Part shown: in pieces, positions 54,254 through 64,000 of the stretch
How positions within the stretch are numbered: the stretch's first letter is position 1
Layout of the letters: each line of letters opens with the position of its first letter
NCBI RefSeq assembly: GCF_006345805.1
Contig: NC_043012.1
Location: forward strand, 22,940,001-23,004,000
Source of the DNA: Octopus sinensis
Taxonomy: Eukaryota
DNA: 64,000 nucleotides
Reading direction: 5' to 3'
Notes under the pieces: generated by a model
The model's database searches: none
Told to the model about the DNA's origin: nothing
What the model saw: the letters and a program-made list of their open reading frames with translations, nothing else
Position numbers and translations under genes: made by a program

Positions 54254-54296
54254 CCACCTGAAGATTGTCGATCAAGACAAGAAACGATTGTAGTGG
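54254..54296 (+). ncRNA. Minimal type I hammerhead ribozyme
   Basis: CCAC / CTGAAGA / TTGTC-gatcaa-GACAA / GAAA / C-gatt-G / TA / GTGG. Stem I is 4 bp, stem II is 5 bp, the core is fully conserved, and the GTA triplet predicts cleavage after 54292. Confidence 0.85.
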
Positions 54297-54474
54297 CGGT
54301 TTTTTTGACTATTTATTAAAATTTTATGTATTGATTAAGTCTTTCCTTGTTTGTTTTGCAAAATAGTGGTTTTGTCTCTAATAATATTTTATAATATTTT
54401 ACTATAAAATTGTATTTAATCCTAAATCTGATTTTTCCCTGTAAATTTGGATTTATTCCCTAATTATTATTAAT

Positions 54475-54900
54475 ATATATATATATATATATTATATATA
54501 TGTATGTATATATGTATATTTATGTATATATATATATTAATATATATAGATATATATATATATAGATATATATATATGTATATATTTATGCATATTATAT
54601 ATAGGTATGTATATATGTATATATAGTAAATATATAGTATGATATTATATATATATATATTATATATATATATATAATATATTATATTTATGCATTATAT
54701 ATATAGGTATGTATATATGTATATATATGAAATATATATGTATGTATATATATATATATATATAATATTATATATATATATATATATGTTTATATAGTAT
54801 TGACCGCTGGTTGCAGAAATTTTCTTGAATTTTTTTGCTACCCTTATATTGATTAATTGGTTATATGTTATATATATACATATATGTTTATTATATATAT

Positions 54901-54943
<43 letters not shown>

Positions 54944-55041
54944 CATATATATGTTTATATATATATATGTATATATACATACATATATATGTTTATATAT
55001 ATTATGTATATATACATACATTATATGTTATATATATATAT

Positions 55042-55125
<84 letters not shown>

Positions 55126-55142
55126 TATATTATATAATATGC

Positions 55143-55174
<32 letters not shown>

Positions 55175-55200
55175 ATATATATAATATATATATATATAAT
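54475..55200. repeat. (TA)n-rich low-complexity tract
   Basis: Direct reading; a short unique island lies at ~54800-54870. Confidence 0.9.
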
Positions 55201-56416
55201 TCTTTTCAGAAGATAAAGAGTTTTTTAAACTAGCATTTACATGATATCATATATAGTTTTTCCCACTTTCAAATCTACTATACTAAAAAATAATTATTTC
55301 ATGTTCCCTTGAAGTTTATAAATTCTCATGATATCAAAAATACACACACACGTTTGCTTTTCTGTCAAAACTGAAGAATTACTCAACGCTCTTTAATAAA
55401 GCAGATGTCAGACTGTGCAGCAAAGTCCTACGAAAACTAACAGGCTGAACTTCAAAATCTCTGCTGTTGCCCCACATTCTTGTAAAAGTTTGATGAATAT
55501 ATAAATAAATGTGTGTGTGTGTGTGTGTGTGTTGTGCATGTGTGCAAGAACAATGTGCTACATGTTTGTTTACATTTGCTCATAACTAAAAATAGCTCAG
55601 TTCTGTGCGGCAATATTGTTGTTATTTACTCTTATCAACAAGTCATCTGCTGATTACTTCAAAGAAATATGAAATAAGGGATCCCTTATAAAAGGGATCA
55701 CATTATAAAAGAATGGCCCATTAAGTATATTCTTACTAACCCATGATATCATACAAAAACAGATGTAAAACCAACAAACAAGTGTTATAAGTATAAACAA
55801 ATACATTGTATTATTACATTTTTAAGTGAAGGCACTTAGGGGCTGGGGGTTAGGGATTAGGGCTTAGGGAAGTTGGACTCATGATTGGGATTATAATATA
55901 AGGCTTTGTTGTTAAAATGTATGTGCAATAAATTACTTACAATTCAACAATACATAAAATATTTTGATTTTTTTTAATAAGATCCCTAATAATATTTAAT
56001 TAAAAAATACAGCAGAATTTTTATATATATACATGGAATGGCTCTAGAGGTCCAGTTGAGTAAAATAGAAACCGAAGGAGTCCATAAACCAAAAATGAAT
56101 GAGAGCCACTGATCTAGAGTAATCACAGACAAACTGCTGCCCACAGGAGTTTTTGAATGACATGCCTAAACAAAAAATTACCTTGAATTTGTTTAGTAGT
56201 GCGACCTGTGTAATGAAGAGCCATGTCCGAAGCAGCCAGCTTGCTTCTTGCAAAAGGTTGCTCTTACCTGAACTGAAGGAAAGACAACACATAATGGTAA
56301 TGGAAATAAGGCTGTTATATTATAATCACAACAGTCTTCAAGTATGATCTTCATTTATTAACCCATAGGTGCCCATAAAAAAAAAAAATGATGTCTTAAA
56401 ATTTCAGTGTTTTTAG

Positions 56417-56530
56417 ATCAAACGTTATGGCAAGCTTTCACAATCTGGAAGAGAAGGACGGTATGCAACTGTTAGCTACGGGTGTTGACTTCCTACTGAA
56501 CATTTCGTATGCTCAGTCAGATGCTTTCCA
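56417..56530 (+). CDS. Candidate internal coding exon, product unknown (xSNVMASFHNLEEKDGMQLLATGVDFLLNISYAQSDAFx)
   Basis: Acceptor tttcagtgtttttag|, donor CCA|gtgagt, 114 nt, symmetric phase 2-2 with an open frame, non-repetitive and more GC-rich than the flanks. No partner exon was found in the window. Confidence 0.45.
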
Positions 56531-56754
56531 GTGAGTTTATGCCCAAACAAGTAGGAGCAGGTTTTGCATTGCGAAAATGCAACCAGGGTCAAGAATTTTT
56601 TAGTATTTCCTTTTTAGTTCTTACTTTTGGTTTGGGGGTAATGTTCTGAGACTGTCACAATCCCATTTTTAAAATAAACTATTGTAAAGGCATCTATTTA
56701 CTTTTTAAATTCCAACCCATGGAAACATGGGAAGCAGATAGAAAATTTCATAAG

Positions 56755-57330
56755 AGTGCTGGTGTGGTAAGAAATTTGCTTTCCAATTGCATGGTTCTGA
56801 GTTCAGTCCCACAGTATGTGGCACCTTGGGCAAGTGCCTTTTTCTATAGTACCCTTGGTCTGACCAACACCATGAGAGTGGATTTGGTAGACAGAAACTG
56901 AAAGAAGCTCATCGTGTGTGTGTGTGTGTGCCTTTGTGTCTGTGTTTATTTTCCCATAACTTAGCAGTTTGGCAAAAGAGACCAATAGAACAAGTACTAG
57001 GCTTAAACAAAATAAGTCCTAGGGTTGATTTGTCAAGCTAAAACCTTCAAGGTGGTGCTACAGCATGGTCACAGTCATATGACTGAAACAGGCGAGCTGG
57101 CAGACTCGTTAGCACACCGGGCGAAATGCGTAGCCGTATTTCGTCTGCTGTTACGTTCTGAGTTCAAATTCCGCCGAGGTCGACTTTGCCTTTCATCCTT
57201 TCGGGGTCGATAAATTAAGTACCAGTTATGCCCAGGGGTCAATGTAATCAACATAATCCGTTTGTCTCCTCTGTGTTTAGCCCCTTGTAGGCAGTAGTGA
57301 AATACATATGACTGAAACAAGTAAAAGATA
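56755..57330 (+). mobile_element. SINE family A carrying a nested SINE-B
   Basis: The tail is split at catatgactgaaaca by the SINE-B insertion. Confidence 0.85.
57091..57304 (+). mobile_element. SINE family B with 15-bp TSD
   Basis: TSD catatgactgaaaca at 57076-57090 and 57305-57319. Confidence 0.9.
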
Positions 57331-57536
57331 CATATATACACACACACACCTACATACATACACACACCTACCTACTTACCTACATGCATATACATGCATA
57401 CATGCATACATGCATACATACATACAAACAAACAAAAATACCCAGTTGTTGATGTTGAAATTCCAATGAAGGAAGGAACCTTCGATCTAGGTTAGAAACT
57501 AGGTTACATACATACATCAAAATAAACAACAGGATA

Positions 57537-57894
57537 ACCAGAGGTGATGCAGTACGACCGTTTGAAGCAACTCCGTTTAATTGAACAATGCAATTACATC
57601 AGTTAACTGCAGGGCAATGCTTAGTTGCATAAATAAAACAGAATTTTTTAATCAGTCAGACACATCAATATAATTTTACTTAAATACTCAAATAGAGTAA
57701 GAAGACAAAGTCCATGCTGCCACCACTTCAACTTAGAATATATTCTAAGCTGAAGTTAATGTGTCAACTGATTAATAAATTCTGTTTATTTATTATATGC
57801 AGATGAGGATAGCCCTGCATTTAAATTGATGCAATGATTGCATTGTTCAATTAAATGGAGCTGCTTGAAATGGTCGTACTGCATCATCTCTGGA
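57537..57894. mobile_element. MITE with long (~130-bp) inverted arms, central hairpin and TA flanks
   Basis: ccagaggtgatgcagtacgaccgtttgaagcaactccgtttaattgaacaatgcaat at 57538 is inverted against attgcattgttcaattaaatggagctgcttgaaatggtcgtactgcatcatctctgg ending at 57893. TA at 57535-36 and 57895-96. Central hairpin cttcaacttagaat-at-attctaagctgaag. Confidence 0.85.
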
Positions 57895-58667
57895 TATGAT
57901 TTTATTTTGATTTTATGCACCTTATTTTGAGTTGTATGGATAATGCCACACTAATTTTTGATGCTTCAACTTAAGTACCTAATTCAACTGAATCTCAATT
58001 ATTTTACATGTGTGTGTGTGTGTGTGTAAACAGATTCACGTGCAAAAGAAAGAGTGCCAAGAATCAGAACCGTTACCATTGACAAAGTAAACAACTGTCT
58101 GTTTTTGTAGAAACCATTAAAGAACAAGAGTGGTATAAATCATAATACTTTCAACTCCTCTTATGGCACTGGTTGAATTAATTTATTCACCAATCCACAA
58201 ATGTTCTTTTGAACTCTCCTTTGCAAATGGAGGTATAAATTTCTCTGGAAAAAGACAGATTCAACCAAACACTATGAAAGCAACAACCACATACCACCAG
58301 CACCATCATTGCTATCATTGAATTGATATTACTCTAGTTTCATCATAGGAAAGCTAATATGGATTAAAACATGTAATCACAGTTTTATAGAAACCAGACA
58401 GATTAAGTGTCACTCGACGGTTACTTTGACAGGCCAGCTGACAGACACAAACAAATACGATAATGTTGATTGCCTCTGCATGACACGCCGCAAATCATTA
58501 TATCATGATATTTTATTACAATATGCTTGAAACTAGTCTGAGACCAAGTTGGAGCATAGTCATACCAGGGCATTGGAAGTCTGAATTTCTTTCTCAGGTA
58601 TTTCCCTCATGCCGTAGAGAAAAACACGTAAAAAACGTTAAAAAAAAAGAATAAAATTGCACACACA

Positions 58668-58855
58668 GGCGTAGGAGTGGCTGTGTGGTAAGTAGCTTGC
58701 TTACCAGCCACATGGTTCCGGGTTCAGTCCCACTGCGTGGCACCTTGGGCAAGTGTCTTCTACTATAGCCTCGGGCCGACCAAAGCCTTGTAGATTTGGT
58801 AGACAGAAACTGAAAGAAGCCCATTGTATATATGTATATGTATATATATATATAC

Positions 58856-58910
<55 letters not shown>

Positions 58911-58913
58911 CAT

Positions 58914-58957
<44 letters not shown>

Positions 58958-59176
58958 ATGTTTGTGTGTCTGTGTTTGTCCCCCTAGCATTACTTGACAA
59001 CCGATGCTGGTGTGTTTATGTCTCCGTCACATAGTGGTTTGGCAAAAGAGACCGATAGAATAAGTACTGGGCTTACAAAGAATAAGTCCCGGGGTCGAGT
59101 TGCTCGATTAAAGGCGGTGCTCCAGCATGGCCACAGTCAAATGACTGAAACAAGTAAAAGAGTAAAGAGTAAAGAG
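58668..59176 (+). mobile_element. SINE family A, full length with expanded (TA)n linker
   Basis: Same head and tail motifs. Confidence 0.9.
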
Positions 59177-59327
59177 TACACACACGCACACGTGTGTGTG
59201 TAGGCAATTATGTGGATAAACATATTAAATATAATAGCTTGGGTTTGAAATGCTAAATATATATCTGTAAGCGATGATGGTGATCATGATGAGGTGTGTG
59301 TGTTTCTATATTCTTTTATTTTTTTTC

Positions 59328-59771
59328 TTTCTTTACTTGTTTCAGTCATTTGACTGTGGCCATGCTGGAATACCACCTTTAGTCGAAGAAATCAACCCCA
59401 GGACTTATTCTTTGTAAGCATAGTACGTATTCTATCAGTCTCTTTTGCCAAACCGCTAAGTTACAGAGGATGTAAACACACCAACATTGGTTGTCAAGCG
59501 ATGGTGGGAGAACAAACACAAACACACACACAAATTGATGTAATGATTGCATTGTTCAATTAAATGGAGCCGCTTGAAACGGTCATATATGTGTCACATA
59601 TATATATATGACAGGCTTCTTTCAGTTTCCATCTACCAAATTCACTCACAAAGCTTTGGTTGGCTCAAGGCTATAGTAGAAGACACTTGCCCAAGGTGCC
59701 ACACAGTGGGACTGAACCTGGAACTATGTGATTGAGAAGCAAGCCTCTTACCACACACCCACACTTGCGCC
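59328..59771 (-). mobile_element. SINE family A with a MITE fragment in its linker
   Basis: Tail at 59330, head ending gcgcc near 59771; foreign 53 bp at 59533-59585. Confidence 0.85.
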
Positions 59772-59811
<40 letters not shown>

Positions 59812-60029
59812 CAGGTAGCTATATATATACACACACATATATGCACGCGCAGTGGACACTGCCTATTGTAATCACTTTAGAAGTGAACCTTTTGGATAAC
59901 AATAACTGGTTGATAAAATTAAGCAAAGGATAGAACATTCTGAACATGTATGGGACCTACAAATTTTCATAACAACAAACATTTGATAACATCACCCATG
60001 AGTATATTAAGGAGTTTCCACTATATATA

Positions 60030-60450
60030 TACAGTTTCAAGGTTTATCCAAGGCTGGGACCATGGGCCTTACCACACCCCTACCCAATTCAGGATCACAA
60101 CATATAGGTACACTGTAACACAATTTCTTTTCCTCACCAGGCCCTGCCCTGTATAACATTGTCCCAAAACTGATCAAAGAGGAAAAGGATCCCATCATCT
60201 TTAAACGGAGTCTGTCCCAAAACTGATCAAAGAGGAAAAGGATCCCATCATCTTTAAACGGAGTCTGGACAAATTTCTTCAAGGAATACCAGATAAGCCA
60301 CCCATACCTGGATACAACTCACTCAACAAGAACTCACTACTTGAATGAACCATGATACCACAAAACTTGACTTAAAACGGATTTAGATAATCCTATCAGG
60401 TGGTGCTATTAAGTTAGACATGGCCTGGACCAATCTTTGGTTGAAACATA
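60030..60450 (+). mobile_element. CR1/L2-group LINE 3' fragment with an internal 53-bp duplication
   Basis: PRLG...GPALYNIVPKLIKEEKDPIIFKRSLDKFLQGIPDKPPIPGY...NSLLE*. Confidence 0.8.
60160..60265. repeat. 53-bp perfect tandem duplication
   Basis: tgtcccaaaactgatc...aaacggagtc at 60160 and 60213. Confidence 0.95.
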
Positions 60451-60999
60451 TCTAAGTTTTATATATATATATATTAGCACAGCCATACACCTTAAGGTTG
60501 ACATAAGGTACAATTTCAGTACAGGATCTTCCGTATAAGAAAACTGAAGAAAAAACACATACACACAAACTTGAAACCAGTAAATAAATCAGTCTTTTAG
60601 CTTCAAAGTGTTTTAGGGGTCAGTTAAAACATACTATGTTATATTTATTGTCAGTTATGCTAGAAACAAACTAACTTGAATTAGTAAAGTAGTAAAAGGT
60701 TTATTTTAAAAAAATTACTAAAATAAAGGAAGGAATATTCCAAAAATTTATTGAAGATTTTGAAATCTCTTTCATTAGATTCTAGAAAATTACTTGTGTA
60801 ACTTTATAAAATATTTGCAAAGACTCAATATCAGATAAGACTGACATTTCTTTCTTTTTTATTTTACCAAATCTCTCCTTTTCTTTGAGACCCTTCTCCA
60901 CTTTCCTCACCCAGCATTTTTCCAGTTTATAACCACACATGCATGAGAATGAAAGTTTTAAGCAAATGCATACCTGTGTATGTGTCTATGTATATATAA

Positions 61000-61400
61000 A
61001 TGTGAGTGTGTGTGTGTTGTGTGTGTGTGTGTAATACATACACATATGCATGCATTAATCCATACATATATATGCAAATATCCATACACAGACACACGTG
61101 TATATATATATATATATATATATATAGATACATATATATATATATATGTATGTGTATATATATATGTATTTGTATAAATATATGTATATGTGTGTGTGTA
61201 TATGTATATAAATATGGATATATATATATCCATATCCATATATATATATATATATATATATATATCCATATATATATACATATACACACATACATATACA
61301 TATATTTATACAAATACATATATATATTTATACATATATATATATATATATATATACACATACATACTTTTATATATATACATATATACACACACACACA
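61000..61400. repeat. (TA)n/(TG)n compound microsatellite
   Basis: Direct reading. Confidence 0.9.
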
Positions 61401-61830
61401 TGCACAGAGATATGGGCTCAATCAAGCACACACTGATATAGATGATATTTAATTCAACTTAGGTGATGAAAATAATTCTTTTTATCTCGTTGAACGTCTT
61501 ATAATGGGTGCCAAGCTCAGGTTGGGTCAATAATTTAAGTTTCCCCATAACGTGTTTTTTTTAACGCACTTCCACACCCCCTTGCATATGGTTATCATGT
61601 AATTTCACTCAGGTAAATGCTAAATATTCATCAAAACTTACATATCCACCCACAGCTAGCATATTTATCAGTGCAGCCTATCAATTAGGCTATTGATCTC
61701 TTGGAGCAAAGAATACAGGTTCAGTCCCATTTAGCAGCAAAAAGGTTTTATTATCTGAAATAATCTGTGTCCAATATCAATATGTGAAATAATGCAGAAA
61801 CATTATTCATATATATACACACACACACAC

Positions 61831-61903
<73 letters not shown>

Positions 61904-62739
61904 ATACATATATATGCATACAAACACCACACATACATGTGCACACACACACACACATAATATTGGCATACATTCTTATATTAGGCTTTGACTCAGGGTT
62001 GGCACCCAACTAAGTGTTTGTAAGTTTTTGTTTTTTTCTTTCAGAGTGTGAAGTTACAGGGAAAGAAAGAAAAAAACAAACAAACAAACAAACACATAAA
62101 AACAAAAATAAAATAAAATAAAATAAATAAATTGAATGTATGAAGACATGAGTAATCAATAATCAAAACTGATATAAGAAAGATAAAATATCGGATGTTT
62201 TAATCCATGAGTACACAGTCCTGCTATCTTCCCCCAATCATATAGTTTCCATTTCTTTAATCCATTCACTTACGGCAAAAATCTATAAACTTAAAACAGA
62301 ATATTATTTTGAAATGAAATTCATTCAAGTGGCTAAATATATTTCCAGTTATTTTTTTAAAGGGAAATATTAATTTTTGTTTGTTTGTTTGTTTGTTGTG
62401 AATTTTTCAAGTCTAATTTCTTTTTTAAAGGCAATTTCTTTTCTTCCCACCAAAATTTTGTACACACAATAGTTCACTGTGGTGCTGGTGGTATTGTTGT
62501 TGCTGATAGTGGTTGTATTGGTACCAAGAGTGTTTTACTAAAATCTAAAATAAGGTCATGCTAATTCCACTATATTAGCTGTCTGTCTATCCCTTATCTC
62601 TTTTACTTCTTTTAGCTCAAAAACTGTTGCCATGCTGGAGCACCACCTTTGGTGTTGCTATACTATCATAATTCTTCCTTTATTAGTTGGTATTTTCATG
62701 AAAGGAAGTTTGATGTTACTACTCTCATTTGCATTTCCT

Positions 62740-63330
62740 TCTATGAAGCTGGTTCATCTCAAATTATTGGCAGCAGAATGCCCATTTCTGTTTTGAAGAC
62801 ATCTTCATCCACCCTATGTAGGGCTCTCAAATCTTTTGGAAGATATTGAAGAGCCACTGGCCTTCAAATCCCATATTATTGCAGTATCTGGTCCTGTATT
62901 TTAATGGCAAGGGTGGGATCTCTAGCACTATACAATGGTGTCTTGTTCTGATAAGGCGGCGAGCTGGCAGAAACGTTAGCACGCCGGGCGAAATGCTTAG
63001 CGGTATTTCGTCTACGTTACGTTGTGAGTTCAAATTCCGCCGAGGTCGACTTTGCCTTTCATCCTTTCGGGGTCGATAAATTAAGTACCAGTTATACACT
63101 GGGGTCGATGTAATCAACTTAATACCTATGTCTGTCCTTGTTTGTCCCCTCTGTGTTTAGCCCCTTGTGGGTAATAAAGAAATAGGTGTCTTGTTCTGAT
63201 ATTAGTATAACTTTCAATGCCAAAGTTCAGGACAAATCCTTCCAGGATCTCCCAGACGGATATCACAGCATATCTTACCTACTTTCTCTCCAGGGAGGCG
63301 TTGTTTTGAAATGACATTTGCTTTGCAGTT
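62740..63330 (-). mobile_element. CR1/L2-group LINE 3' fragment interrupted by SINE-B
   Basis: After removing the SINE and one TSD copy the frame reads SLERK*VRYAVISVWEILEGFVLNFGIESYTNIRTRHHCIVLEIP...RYCNNMGFEGQWLFNI. Confidence 0.8.
62954..63184 (+). mobile_element. SINE family B with 17-bp TSD
   Basis: TSD ggtgtcttgttctgata at 62937-62953 and 63185-63201. Confidence 0.92.
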
Positions 63331-63794
63331 ACCATGTTGACCACTGTGACATCACAACAACTCAGGTGCCTTTGAAGACATCTAGACATGGCCCCTGATT
63401 TAAGAATATATCAGCTTCATTCTACAGTAACCTATGAGTTTGTTTGTTATATTTTTCCTCTCTATCCCAACCCCCATCTCTACCCCAGCCTCAGAAGTCC
63501 TGAAAATGTCTTGCAAACTTCTTTTTCACTTCTTGCTAAGCCACAATAAATAAATAAATAAATAAAAGTTTGAAATGGAAGGTAGAGTAAGACACACAGA
63601 CAGAAATTTTACAGAGATAGAGTCAAGGTCATCACCCTCAACGTGATCACCTTCATCTTTTCACCTCTGCTTTCTCTGTTGGCATTGGTTGTTGTGTGAA
63701 TTAGTTTTCATTTGGAGTTACTGTCCATTCCTGCAGGAGTTGAAGTACAACCATGTCTGACTTTTCTTTGTTCCATTTTTGGTATAGTTTTATC

Positions 63795-64000
63795 TTTTTT
63801 TTTTACTTGATTTGGATATTTGACTGCCGCCATTCTAGACACCGCCTTGAAGGGGTCAGCCAAACAAATCAACCCCAGTACTTATCTTAAATCTGGTCCT
63901 TATATTGCTGGCCTCTTTTGCCAAACTGCTAAGTTACAGAGATGTAAACAAACCAATACTGGTTGTCAAGCAGTAGTGGGGGACAAACACAAAGACACAC
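63795..64000 (-). mobile_element. SINE family A tail half, runs off the window end
   Basis: tttgactgccgccattctagacaccgcc...ggttgtcaagc...ggggacaaacac. Confidence 0.75.

Larger units (their letters stand above)
50918..54475. mobile_element. Probable Penelope-like retroelement remnant: G/T-skewed body plus hammerhead-bearing terminal segment
   Basis: C-poor, G/T-rich + strand throughout, ending in the hammerhead and an AT-rich tail (54240-54475). The minus strand has broken coding-like stretches (EIKFLAVKK...MEIKRH). No RT or GIY-YIG motif was seen, so the class rests on the known HHR-PLE association. Confidence 0.5.

Noticed and set aside
57463-57506. Hammerhead-like AACCT/AGGTT stem followed by GAAAC-TAG-GTT
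   Set aside because: Upstream core is ATGAAGG rather than CTGANGA and stem I cannot form; at best a dead or variant relic.
5490-61969. Many [12 protein letters not shown] ORFs in the six-frame track
   Set aside because: They are translations of (TA)n, (CA)n and (TACA)n microsatellites, which lack stop codons.

Overview
AT-rich, intron-sized eukaryotic DNA. The SINE families, (TA)n/(TACA)n microsatellites and LINE types point to an octopod cephalopod (Octopus-like); this is an inference from repeat content. No complete gene, rRNA, tRNA gene or CRISPR array is visible, and most ORFs in the supplied track are microsatellite artefacts. The window is a mosaic of tRNA-derived SINEs (at least 5 families, labelled A-E here), RTE and CR1/L2-type LINE fragments, mariner and Tigger remnants, MITEs and two non-autonomous Helitrons. 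One plausible coding exon (56417-56530, +) has no identifiable product. The most notable signals are RNA motifs that the ORF track cannot show. (1) A ~220-bp palindrome at ~28770-28990 has a type I hammerhead ribozyme in each arm, facing outward: the + strand copy has an intact core and the - strand copy is decayed. (2) A second, different minimal type I hammerhead at 54254-54296 sits at the end of a ~3.5-kb G/T-skewed block that contains a ~1-kb tandem array and probably derives from a Penelope-like element. Coordinates of degenerate repeats are approximate (+/-10-20 bp).
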